A DNA stretch of 58,111 bases, from contig JAYPVM010000009.1 in the NCBI GenBank assembly GCA_038134595.1, forward strand, positions 1 through 58,111. Direction: 5' to 3'. This DNA is from Pseudomonadota bacterium. GTDB lineage: Bacteria > Bdellovibrionota_C > UBA2361 > OMII01. The notes beneath the pieces were generated by a model. It searched no databases and was not told the DNA's origin. It saw nothing but the letters and a program-made list of their open reading frames with translations. Both the position numbers and the translations under genes were made by a program. Below are positions 25,287 through 36,731 of the stretch, piece after piece. Position 1 is the first letter of the stretch; every line of letters starts with the position of its first letter.

Positions 25287-27524
25287 TTACCTCAGCTTTT
25301 GAGAGCTTGAGACACCCAGCTTACTAATTAGGAATTTCTTACACGCCTCTTGTTCTTCAATAGCAAGCCTATCTTCTAACATCTTACGTTGTGCTTTATC
25401 CAACGGATTTAGCTTCGTATATGCCAACATCCTTGCAAGAGGCTCCGGGTGTGTCGATAGAAGGGTTAAGACCTCAACGGAAGAATCCCAGGTTAGCTTT
25501 CGAACATAACGTGCGGCCTCTAAGTTAAATACATCGCCGCCCGAGACCTTATTGCGTGCAACAAGAGCCAAGAGAACGAATTGTGCTGGGGGCTTCATAT
25601 CAAACCACGCAGTAACATACGGAAGTCTAGCTTCCTCAGGCACCCTCAGAAGAGCAAGAAGTGAAATTACCTGTTCACGGCTCAAATTGTACTGGGTTGC
25701 GACTAAGACATCCAGTAGGTTCTTTTCACCTCTTTTTAACTGTGCGAGCTGCCCTTCAAGTTTATTTGCCGCCGTTACTCTTGCGTCTTGTATTGGAAAC
25801 ATTAATAGATCCGACAACTGAGTAAATGATCCATTCTCGATGAAAAGGCCACTGAGTAATGCCAACTTATCAGAAGCTACAACGCCCTTCCAATCTGCCA
25901 ATTCCGAGGCATCAAACCACTTTACAGCGGCTGACAGCGAATCATTTCTACCCGAGAGCACCTTTAGTATATTCTCCCCAAGACGAGGGCTTGTCTCAAT
26001 GAGCGGCGAAAGCGCCTGTAGCATCACTCGAGTCTTTGCCTCTGGTAAATCTTCAGGAAATGCATAAGATACCGCCCCTAAAGATTGATTGCCTGTTATG
26101 ATTGACGCAATCCCTACAACCTTTGGATCCCCAAGTGCTGTTACACCAATTGCCTCAAGAGCAGCAAATACACTTCTAAAGGGCTCAGACAAACTATGAA
26201 GGACTGACAGAGGTATATCCAAAAGCTCTTTGCTGATTTGATTATGTTTTGTTTCCGCTACAATCGCCAGTAAAACCCCGGGATGCAGTGTTTCAAGAGC
26301 TGGAAGTCTCACTGTGCCCTGCGGAAGCAAGTTATCGAGTCCTAACGCCAATGCCACCTGAAGATCCGTTGCGGAAAGATCTCTTCTCCAATCGTTATTG
26401 CAAGCTATTCTCAGAAATCGGGTCCGAATTCCCTGAGGATTCTCCCCTGAATCAATGTCATCTAAAATGGTTCTAATAGCGGCCGGGTCTCCCCGCACAA
26501 TTGCAGCTCTTGCAACGACAGCCATCCGGGCCCGCTCTCTTGATGCCCACGCACTCTCAAACTCTGGCGAATACGTAGGTCCAAGAAAAGGAATCCAAGC
26601 CGAAACTTTGTGATACGTAAATGGCTCCAACCGATAAAAGGCATACAGTAGCAAAAAAATAAGAACTATCAGCGTGACTACAGAAGAGGCACGTCTAGAA
26701 GTCTTGTCTCCGATAGCATTAGCCTCTTTTCTCCTTTCAAAATCACTGGTTTCTGCTATCTCTTTGCTAGTCACTTCTCTAGCACTGTTAGTCTCTGGGC
26801 TAACCGGCCCTGGAGAACCAAATGCAAGACTAACCTCAAGAAGGGAGGCTCTATGACGCGGATCGGTCAACTCAAGTTGATCGAGCAACGTCCTTTGTCT
26901 TTCGCTTAACGCATCTCCTTTTAATGAGCGTATAATCTTTCCAAGGGAATATATGTCGGCTGTTGCTGGGGGTATTTGTCCGGCTTGGATTTCGGGAGCA
27001 GAAAATACGTCGCTTCCTCCCCGCAGTGCATCAAGGCATGGATCTACCAATCCAACCCGGTCGCCTCGAAGCACAATATTTGCCGGTGAAATATGGCCGT
27101 GCACAACGCTCCGTTGAGACAACTTACCAGCGATCGTTATCAACTGACTCACGACATCTTGCAATTCAGCAGGATTCCTCATCAAGCCTTGTTCGATTTG
27201 GTCGCTGAGGGTGTGCTCAAAAAACGGTCGGGTAATAAGCAATCTTGCAAGCTCCCCTACGATGGATACTTTGGTTTCCTTATCAAATACCAGGCTAAAT
27301 GCCTCAATCTCCGAGGCAGTTTGAGAGAGAAGCTGCGAATCAAGAACATCGGAAAAACGTCCGAGAAAAACATCCTCACCGGCTAAAAAAAGTGGGCGAA
27401 CATCCCAATGAGCCTCACCAAGAACCACATTTATACACACAGCACCAGAGGGTAAGTGTGGCACATACCGTTCCAACACAGCCCTTCTCTCTTGGTCTAA
27501 TGACTCCGGCGAAACGAGCTTCAC
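25287..27524 (-). CDS. Membrane-spanning Hanks-type pseudokinase with large helical C-terminal domain
   Basis: VVHGHISPANIV (catalytic loop lacking Asp), LVDPC (instead of DFG), FSAPE and ADIYSLG; TM VVTLIVLIFLLLYAFY; Leu-rich helical C-terminus. Confidence 0.75.
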   Translation of the reverse strand: MKLVSPESLDQERRAVLERYVPHLPSGAVCINVVLGEAHWDVRPLFLAGEDVFLGRFSDVLDSQLLSQTASEIEAFSLVFDKETKVSIVGELARLLITRPFFEHTLSDQIEQGLMRNPAELQDVVSQLITIAGKLSQRSVVHGHISPANIVLRGDRVGLVDPCLDALRGGSDVFSAPEIQAGQIPPATADIYSLGKIIRSLKGDALSERQRTLLDQLELTDPRHRASLLEVSLAFGSPGPVSPETNSAREVTSKEIAETSDFERRKEANAIGDKTSRRASSVVTLIVLIFLLLYAFYRLEPFTYHKVSAWIPFLGPTYSPEFESAWASRERARMAVVARAAIVRGDPAAIRTILDDIDSGENPQGIRTRFLRIACNNDWRRDLSATDLQVALALGLDNLLPQGTVRLPALETLHPGVLLAIVAETKHNQISKELLDIPLSVLHSLSEPFRSVFAALEAIGVTALGDPKVVGIASIITGNQSLGAVSYAFPEDLPEAKTRVMLQALSPLIETSPRLGENILKVLSGRNDSLSAAVKWFDASELADWKGVVASDKLALLSGLFIENGSFTQLSDLLMFPIQDARVTAANKLEGQLAQLKRGEKNLLDVLVATQYNLSREQVISLLALLRVPEEARLPYVTAWFDMKPPAQFVLLALVARNKVSGGDVFNLEAARYVRKLTWDSSVEVLTLLSTHPEPLARMLAYTKLNPLDKAQRKMLEDRLAIEEQEACKKFLISKLGVSSSQKLR

Positions 27525-27580
27525 GCTAAGAATTCCTCAATTTACTCATCGCATTAAACTAGCAAACCAAAATCGAGCAG

Positions 27581-28738
27581 CTAAAGTTCACGCTCCGCAA
27601 CAATCTGCTCCATCTCTGCTCGTAGCCTATCAACGATCTCTTCGTACGAAAATTGCCCCAGCAAGTTTGTTCCCTTCTTTAGGTTAACATGATTTGGCGC
27701 GCACCATAAGCCTAGGTCTGCATCATCGGTCTCACCAGGACCGTTAACACGACATCCCATGACTGCAATCGTAAGATTCTTATTCGCATACTCCTTCGTC
27801 ATTTCTCTAACTTTATGTGCAAGATCAACAAAAGCTTCATTTTCAACTCGAGAACAAGACGGGCATGATATAATATTTAAACCCTCATGCTCAAAGCGCG
27901 GAACTGATCGAAAACGGCCACTTCGAACATCTTCGATTATCTTTCGAGCCGTTAAGACTTCGATATGCTTTTCCGAATGGGGTAGAGTCAGGGACACCCG
28001 CATAGTTTCACCGATTCCCCGAACCAGCAGGTTCTCAAATGCAACACGAGTTTTCACCTCACCTAAGGGCAACATCCCCGCCTCTGTCACTCCGAGATGT
28101 AGAGGAATCTGTGGAAATCTTTCAGCGAACTTTTGATTAATCTCCACAACGTCATTCGGGTCCGAGCTTTTTAGAGAAACTACAAAATTGGTAAAGTTCA
28201 AATCCTCTAAATAACCTACATGCTCAGCGGCCGAGGAAAGCGCCGCTTCGATGGGATCGTTATCAGCAGAAGCCTGTGCGGGATCTAGAGAGCCAAAATT
28301 TACGCCAATCCGCACAGCCAGGTCGTATTCCTTTGCAGTTTCTACAATAAATCGGACCTTTTCTTGAACAGGAACGTTTTTATCATGATGATAGAGATGA
28401 CCGGGATTATAGCGAATCTTTTGAACGTATGGAGCGACCAGCCTGGCAAGCTTGTAGCTTTCCTGTAGGTCAACAACAAGCCGCGCGTCTGTTTTCTGCC
28501 GTATCTCTGCCAAAGCCGCAACATCACGCTTGCTGTCAATAGCAATCCTTATGATATCGGCTCCATTATCTGCCAGCAATTTTATCTGCGCGATCGTTGC
28601 ATCAAGATCCTGAGTCTTTGTTGCGCACATACTCTGTACCGAGATGTCGTGCCCTCCACCTATGCAGAGATCTCGGACCCGCACTACTCTCGTGTGACGT
28701 TTGGCTATTTCCTGTCTTCCTTTACCACCAACTACCAT
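27581..28738 (-). CDS. ispG: (E)-4-hydroxy-3-methylbut-2-enyl-diphosphate synthase
   Basis: [35 protein letters not shown] and [12 protein letters not shown] motifs. Confidence 0.95.
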   Translation of the reverse strand: MVVGGKGRQEIAKRHTRVVRVRDLCIGGGHDISVQSMCATKTQDLDATIAQIKLLADNGADIIRIAIDSKRDVAALAEIRQKTDARLVVDLQESYKLARLVAPYVQKIRYNPGHLYHHDKNVPVQEKVRFIVETAKEYDLAVRIGVNFGSLDPAQASADNDPIEAALSSAAEHVGYLEDLNFTNFVVSLKSSDPNDVVEINQKFAERFPQIPLHLGVTEAGMLPLGEVKTRVAFENLLVRGIGETMRVSLTLPHSEKHIEVLTARKIIEDVRSGRFRSVPRFEHEGLNIISCPSCSRVENEAFVDLAHKVREMTKEYANKNLTIAVMGCRVNGPGETDDADLGLWCAPNHVNLKKGTNLLGQFSYEEIVDRLRAEMEQIVAEREL

Positions 28739-28887
28739 TTACATCGGCCTCCCGTTCTCTCTCACTCTAGAAATACTCTTTACCTGCAAATTTCGACTAC
28801 CGAAAGCATATCAAATTGGCCTATAATCAACAATTTAAGGGGCCGTTAAGTTTTTATTATTGGAATATATATAGGTCGAGATATACC

Positions 28888-29277
28888 ATGAGAAACACGA
28901 CTAGGATACTGGCAATACTGGGGTTTTTTGCAGTTAATTGCGCTTTTCCGCCAAAATCAGCTGTCGCAGATGAATCGACTGCATTCCGACCCATGTGGCG
29001 CCTTCTGAGCGCACATGACAAAAAGCAGTTCATCTCAGGCTATCTTTATGCTCTTGACGGAGCTGAAGATGTTACTCAAATTGTACTTGAGTATGTCCGG
29101 GAACATCCCGACCAAGCTCTTACAGGGTTAGAGAAAATTCAAAATATTTATCGAGCCGGCGGCTTATCTGCAGATAGAGTTGTTGCAGAGCTCGATTCTC
29201 TTTTTGAGCAAGCCGAGGGTAAGGATGCATCGTTATCACAGGCCTTCGCTATAGCTCGACGAAGATTAGGTCATTAA
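28888..29277 (+). CDS. Exported helical hypothetical protein
   Basis: Signal peptide from ATG 28888; WRLLSAHDKKQFISGYLYAL. Confidence 0.65.
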   Translation: MRNTTRILAILGFFAVNCAFPPKSAVADESTAFRPMWRLLSAHDKKQFISGYLYALDGAEDVTQIVLEYVREHPDQALTGLEKIQNIYRAGGLSADRVVAELDSLFEQAEGKDASLSQAFAIARRRLGH

Positions 29278-29299
29278 GCGTATTTACCGTAGGATTTTT

Positions 29300-29842
29300 A
29301 TGTCAGTTCACATGGATGATTTAGAGGATATATTTCAGCGGATTACCGAGCGCTACGATGAGCCGGTACCAATAGGAGGGCGCTGCGAGAGTACGACATT
29401 CTATCGAACAGAGGATCTTAGCGACTCAGACCTGAATTTATGTGCGGAATATGTAGCCGAGCGCATCAAGAACGTCACGGCCCCATCCTCGCCGGAACTG
29501 TTCTTAAAACTACCCGGGGGGTATTCATTTTTTGCAGAGCGGCTATGCGCTGTATATTCGGAGCTCTTTAATGGAGGTCGTGAAATCCCCTTAGAGCAGT
29601 ACCTTGAGAGCAAGCTGTCCAATGGTCACGGGGAAAAATACAAGGGCTGCTCAGCGATACTCGTAACCGATGTGATTACAACTGCTCGCTCCAGTCTTGA
29701 GGCTCATACGAAAGCCACCCTCCGGGGCATACCAGTCTTGTGCTGGGCAACACTAATCGACAGAACGTTCGGTCCCGGCCCCGTCTCGGTCGTATCTGCC
29801 TATACTGGCGCTTCGGTTCGAGTTCTTACCCAAGTTGGATAA
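29300..29842 (+). CDS. Divergent type I phosphoribosyltransferase-fold protein (PyrE-like)
   Basis: AILVTDVITTARS resembles the PRPP-binding loop; followed by ATLIDR. Confidence 0.6.
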   Translation: MSVHMDDLEDIFQRITERYDEPVPIGGRCESTTFYRTEDLSDSDLNLCAEYVAERIKNVTAPSSPELFLKLPGGYSFFAERLCAVYSELFNGGREIPLEQYLESKLSNGHGEKYKGCSAILVTDVITTARSSLEAHTKATLRGIPVLCWATLIDRTFGPGPVSVVSAYTGASVRVLTQVG

Positions 29843-30103
29843 TCCGACGGAAGGCTGTCGAATTACACTTCGCCTACTGTAGCTCTCTTGCTATCGTGCT
29901 CGCCGGCTCAATAAACCACTTCAAATACATTCAATGAGGAATATTCCGACTATCTAGTGACCCCAATCAGCTGATACGCCCATCCCGAGACGCCTCATAG
30001 ATGACCTCTTGCCAAAAGAGACCAAGCATCCCTTCTAGACCGCCCTCCTACTAAGAAAGCTGGGCCAGCTCCGGTTAGTCTATAGCAGGGAGACTCAAAT
30101 CAA

Positions 30104-30697
30104 TTAGCGTGGTTTCAACGGGATAACTTTTCCACCACCTGCGGCCTTCATCCTCTCTGGCGCAGCAGCAACATCATCAACACTCTGCTCGTCAAGAAGT
30201 TCTATCGTAGATAGCACTGTTTTATTCTCATCGCTTAACGCACCCGCAGGACGTACCACCCGACTTCGACGAATAAGTACGTCTAGTTCATGATGCGCTG
30301 CCTGACCGGCTTGCACCCGCGCCTTTAAGCTGACAAGAGAAACGGCTAAACTGCTCGCCTTGATAAAATCCCCTCGCTCAGATGCGGCTATCAGCTCTCC
30401 CTGTTGCTGTGTTAACTCAGATTCGCTCGTCCGCCATAATGTTTGAAATTCATTACGAAGCGAGAAAACATCATAAACCAGCTTTTTGGTACTTGGTGAC
30501 TCAGCAGACTCCGAGAGCTTTTTGAGTAACATCCCATTTACGTCCCGCCATTCTGCTACTTGGTTCGATGACAGTTCAGGTGTTAATCCTTCCACCCGAC
30601 TCAAGCCGTGACCTCCCGCATGACTGTACAAACGAAGAGCACGCCGACTCTTTTGAATCAGCGCTACAACCCTACTGCGGAAAGTTTCAGACTCCAT
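30104..30697 (-). CDS. Hypothetical helical/coiled-coil protein
   Basis: GGAG RBS before ATG 30697; all-helical pattern; C-terminal KVIPLKPR. Confidence 0.7.
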   Translation of the reverse strand: MESETFRSRVVALIQKSRRALRLYSHAGGHGLSRVEGLTPELSSNQVAEWRDVNGMLLKKLSESAESPSTKKLVYDVFSLRNEFQTLWRTSESELTQQQGELIAASERGDFIKASSLAVSLVSLKARVQAGQAAHHELDVLIRRSRVVRPAGALSDENKTVLSTIELLDEQSVDDVAAAPERMKAAGGGKVIPLKPR

Positions 30698-30944
30698 AGT
30701 GTCTCCGCTAAAAAAATCAGAACAATTAAATCCGGGGCACCTCTCTAATTTCGGCCTCAAAGATGATTTAAGTACCAAAAAACACGACCAACTCTCTTAG
30801 TATGTCAGAAGCAAGGCTAGCAACAAACTACAAAGAGAATCCCCCTCAAACATCCCGATCTGAAAAAGTCGGGGCTGTACGTTTATCAGCTAGTAGATCC
30901 AAAAGCAACAAAAAAGCACAGAACCTCGTTATATGATATTATTA

Positions 30945-33109
<2,165 letters not shown>

Positions 33110-33117
33110 TGTAGAGC

Positions 33118-33861
33118 CTAAGAATTGCTTTTAAAAGCTCTCAGAAATTCGATGGGCATTGGGAACAGAATAGTTGAATTGTTCTCAGCTGAAATCTGTT
33201 TCAGTGTTTCGAGATATCGAAGCTGCAATGACATATCTTCTTGACCCATTATATGCGCTGCTGCAGTCAACTTCTCGGCTGCTTGAAACTCCCCTTCCGC
33301 CTGTATAATCTTTGCCCGCCGTTCACGCTCCGCCTCAGCTTGGCGAGCCATAGCCCTTTGCATCTCCTGTGGCAGGTCTATGTCTTTTACCTCTACGCTT
33401 GTTATCTTTATTCCCCACGGGTCGGTATGTCGGTCAAGAATTTCCTGAAGTCGGATATTTATCTGTTCGCGCTGCGCTAATAAGTCATCTAATTCCGCTT
33501 CTCCACATACACTTCGAAGGGTGGTTTGAGCAATCTGACTTGTGGCATATAAATAATTCTCTACGGTTAACACCGCCTCCTTTGGATCTACGACCCTAAA
33601 ATACAGCACCGCATTAACTTTAATCGATACATTGTCTCGCGTAATTATATCTTGTGGTGGAATATCCATCGCCACTATCCGTTGATCAACTCGAATCAGT
33701 TCATCCACTAGTGGGATTATAAAGCGCAAACCCGGCGACCGCACTCCACTGAACACTCCGAATCGAAGGATTATTCCGCGCTCGTATTCCTTAATCGAAA
33801 AGGCGCTCATGTACGCAAGAGCTAGAAATGCTACTAGTCCTAAAAAAATTATTCCCTGCAT
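33118..33861 (-). CDS. SPFH/band 7 slipin (stomatin-like) protein
   Basis: [30 protein letters not shown] and [15 protein letters not shown] motifs. Confidence 0.95.
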   Translation of the reverse strand: MQGIIFLGLVAFLALAYMSAFSIKEYERGIILRFGVFSGVRSPGLRFIIPLVDELIRVDQRIVAMDIPPQDIITRDNVSIKVNAVLYFRVVDPKEAVLTVENYLYATSQIAQTTLRSVCGEAELDDLLAQREQINIRLQEILDRHTDPWGIKITSVEVKDIDLPQEMQRAMARQAEAERERRAKIIQAEGEFQAAEKLTAAAHIMGQEDMSLQLRYLETLKQISAENNSTILFPMPIEFLRAFKSNS

Positions 33862-34152
33862 CTACAGTCCCCCATCTAGAGATTTCTTAACAATATGAAC
33901 AGATAGCCCGTCGCCAACCCCTGTTACAAGCACTCGGTCCCCCTTTCGTATCACACCCTTTTCGGAACGCGCCCGCCAAAGCTCCCCGCGTATGAGCACG
34001 AAACCTTCTCGAACAAACGCCTCTTGAGCTATCCCCTCTAGCCCCAGCAATTCAATCCGGTGCCGATTACCCACGCTACTTTTTATCCTCCAAAGGTAAA
34101 AAAGAAGCAACAGAACACACGCACTTAAACAAACAAGAGTCCAGAAAACCAT
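33862..34152 (-). CDS. Short NfeD-family protein (TM plus OB-fold)
   Basis: GFVLIRGELWRARS...IRKGDRVLV; adjacent to slipin; start placed at ATG 34152. Confidence 0.85.
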   Translation of the reverse strand: MVFWTLVCLSACVLLLLFYLWRIKSSVGNRHRIELLGLEGIAQEAFVREGFVLIRGELWRARSEKGVIRKGDRVLVTGVGDGLSVHIVKKSLDGGL

Positions 34153-34295
34153 TGCATCTTTACTAGTTATGTAACAGCGACAACTTTCAAAAGTATCACG
34201 ATCAGACGAACATCCAAGCACCTCTAAATGACAGAGCATTTCTGTTGGACATAATCTCTATCAAAGCAGATGGGCAGCCGTAAGCATACTTTAGT

Positions 34296-34778
34296 TTATA
34301 CTCGATTAACAGAACTCTCGACACTTCGGGATAAACGAAGTGGTTTTAAGTGCTCCCAAAGTAGCCTTTTTTGCTCCACAGACGCACTTACGGTTTTTAT
34401 CCCCGGCGCCTGAATATGGGTAGTACTGCCGTATGTTTCTCCTCGCACATCCCGATGACCATTTTGAAATGAAATAACAATAGACGCACTCGTCGCTTTC
34501 AGCCACGTCTGAATATCTCCGCCAATTTCACCCCCGCATTGAAGCCGATAATCGTCGGCATCTAGCTCTAAGCCCTTTTCGCAAACAGCCTTGACAAATT
34601 CATATTCCGTTCCACCAGGCTTCGTTTCGCCATCTACAAACACTATACAGCGAATCTGGTCTGTAGCTGCAGATTGCCGCGAAACAGAGGCAACGAGAGA
34701 ATTCTTTGCTATACCACGGGGGTAGGACGCTACCAGTTTATCCAAGAAAATTGTCAGCATCGTGTTAGATAGTTTCAT
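34296..34778 (-). CDS. Hypothetical protein, possibly degenerate UDG-like fold
   Basis: 3 bp downstream of coaBC; C-terminal EQKRLLWEHLK; no catalytic motifs recognised. Confidence 0.5.
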   Translation of the reverse strand: MKLSNTMLTIFLDKLVASYPRGIAKNSLVASVSRQSAATDQIRCIVFVDGETKPGGTEYEFVKAVCEKGLELDADDYRLQCGGEIGGDIQTWLKATSASIVISFQNGHRDVRGETYGSTTHIQAPGIKTVSASVEQKRLLWEHLKPLRLSRSVESSVNRV

Positions 34779-34781
34779 ACT

Positions 34782-35996
34782 CTACGACATGCCCATCACA
34801 GACTTATCAATAATCTCATCAAATATAGCTCGCGCAATAACGGACTTGTGTGCGTGAGGACAGCGGCGGTTGGTCGTGTTCGAGACTATCAGCACCTGAT
34901 TTGTTTTCTTATCAAAGGCCTCACTTGCCGAATTTGCCACGAGCATGTCGACGCCCTTATCTCGAAGCTTTCGTCCAGCCTCTTGCTCGAGAACATCATC
35001 GTTTGTTTCAACTGAAAATGCCACAAGAAATGGATGCCCGCCCTTACGCCGAGAGCCGAGATCAGCGATAATGTCACTATTATGCGCCAACTCAACTCGT
35101 GAGAAGCCAGTAGATTTTTTAAGCTTATGCTCTGCCTTAGAGGCCGGTCTAAAATCCGATACTGCTGCTGCCATGATCAGCACATCTGCGGTGGTAAACT
35201 GCGCCAACACGGCGCGATGCATGTCAGTTGCACTTACCACCGAAATACGTTCAATATCACGGGGGATAAATGGATTATATCCAAGTGGGCCAGTTACCAA
35301 AACGACTTTTGCGCCCCTTCTATAGGCGTCGCGAGCAAGCGCAATACCCATGCGCCCTGATGAGCGATTGGTTAAATACCGCACAGGATCAATATCTTCT
35401 CGAGTCGGCCCAGCAGTGATAACCACTCGCTTCCCCTCCAAGTCTCGATGCGAAGTCGCTCTCGCTATCCTCCAAAAAATCTCCTGATTGCCCGCCAAGC
35501 GACCCGATCCGACCCATCCGCAGGCGAGAGAACCCGTTTCAGGTGATACAACCTCCACACCGCGATCCGAAAGGCGCCGTATGTTATCCTGAGTTACTTG
35601 ATTCTCCCACATATTAACATTCATAGCAGGGGCAACAAGAACAGGAGCCTTTGTAGCAAGCGATACGGCTAAAAGTGAGTTATCGCATATGCCATGGGCT
35701 AGTTTTGCGAGCGTATTGGCAGATAACGGTGCAACGATAACCGCATCGGCCCAGTCGGCAAGCTCGATATGACCGATGCCATCGCCATTGCCCTCTTCCC
35801 ACAAACTAACCAATACCGGATTCGAGGAAAGAGCCTGAAATGTAATCGGGGATATAAATTTACACGCGGACGGAGTCATGACTACCCGAACCTTGAAGCC
35901 CCGCTTGATCAGAAGTCGTACGAGCTCAGCCGCCTTATATGCCGCGATTGAACCACACACTCCAACAACAATGTTACGTCGTCTTAGCTTCCCCAT
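34782..35996 (-). CDS. coaBC: Bifunctional phosphopantothenoylcysteine decarboxylase/ligase
   Basis: GSIAAYKA, HIELADWAD, APAMN, TAGPTREDIDPVRYLTNRSSGRMG and AAVSDFRP motifs. Confidence 0.97.
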   Translation of the reverse strand: MGKLRRRNIVVGVCGSIAAYKAAELVRLLIKRGFKVRVVMTPSACKFISPITFQALSSNPVLVSLWEEGNGDGIGHIELADWADAVIVAPLSANTLAKLAHGICDNSLLAVSLATKAPVLVAPAMNVNMWENQVTQDNIRRLSDRGVEVVSPETGSLACGWVGSGRLAGNQEIFWRIARATSHRDLEGKRVVITAGPTREDIDPVRYLTNRSSGRMGIALARDAYRRGAKVVLVTGPLGYNPFIPRDIERISVVSATDMHRAVLAQFTTADVLIMAAAVSDFRPASKAEHKLKKSTGFSRVELAHNSDIIADLGSRRKGGHPFLVAFSVETNDDVLEQEAGRKLRDKGVDMLVANSASEAFDKKTNQVLIVSNTTNRRCPHAHKSVIARAIFDEIIDKSVMGMS

Positions 35997-36070
35997 GCCC
36001 TCACGATACATGGATTACAACCCCTAGTAAAACCGCCACGCTACAAAAAAACCTATTTACCATCAGGCAG

Positions 36071-36709
36071 TTAGGTAAAGAACGGATTGTATAGCCGCTC
36101 GTGCCCGATCGTTGTCTCAGGTCCATGACCGGATAAAACTCTGGTATCATCTGGCAACGTAAGCAACTTCTCTCTAATACTACCAAGGAGCTGCTCTTGA
36201 TCCCCTCCTGGCAGGTCGGTTCTTCCTATCGATTCACGAAATAAGGCATCCCCGGCCAAGACAATCCCATCATCTCCGAAATAAAAGCTAATATGCCCCG
36301 GAGAATGGCCCGGGGTAAATAATACCTTAGCGCGATGCTTACCCACAAACACCTCATCTCCATCGATCACATACCGGTCTGGCTCGGGACAGTTGGGCCA
36401 CTCTTCAGAGTCAAGTCCATACATAGACGCAATTACACACACAGACCTTCGCATTTCACGCTCGCCCTCAGTGCCAACAAGAGATACCGGATAGCGTGCA
36501 AGGAGGGGCGCGACTGCCCCACAGTGATCAAGGTGAGAGTGTGTTAGCCATACTCCGCTAATAGTACAACCTGCTTCTTCGATAGCAGAAATTATACTTT
36601 CGCTGTCTCCACCCGGATCCACAACTACCCCCTCACTACTGGCGGTATCAATAAGAATCCTACAATTCTGTTCAAAAGCTGTTACCTGTAAAGTTTGAAT
36701 CTCCAACAT
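36071..36709 (-). CDS. MBL-fold hydrolase (glyoxalase II/YcbL family)
   Basis: THSHLDH, TPGHSPG, GDALF, GRTDLPGG and GHGP motifs. Confidence 0.92.
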   Translation of the reverse strand: MLEIQTLQVTAFEQNCRILIDTASSEGVVVDPGGDSESIISAIEEAGCTISGVWLTHSHLDHCGAVAPLLARYPVSLVGTEGEREMRRSVCVIASMYGLDSEEWPNCPEPDRYVIDGDEVFVGKHRAKVLFTPGHSPGHISFYFGDDGIVLAGDALFRESIGRTDLPGGDQEQLLGSIREKLLTLPDDTRVLSGHGPETTIGHERLYNPFFT

Positions 36710-36731
36710 AAAACCTCCTAGGGTTCACAAA

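Noticed and set aside
10340..25290. T4SS region as an ICE or integrated plasmid
   Set aside because: No integrase, relaxase, replication/partition genes, tRNA target or flanking direct repeats seen; the 14-bp inverted repeat at 10340 is better explained as a terminator.
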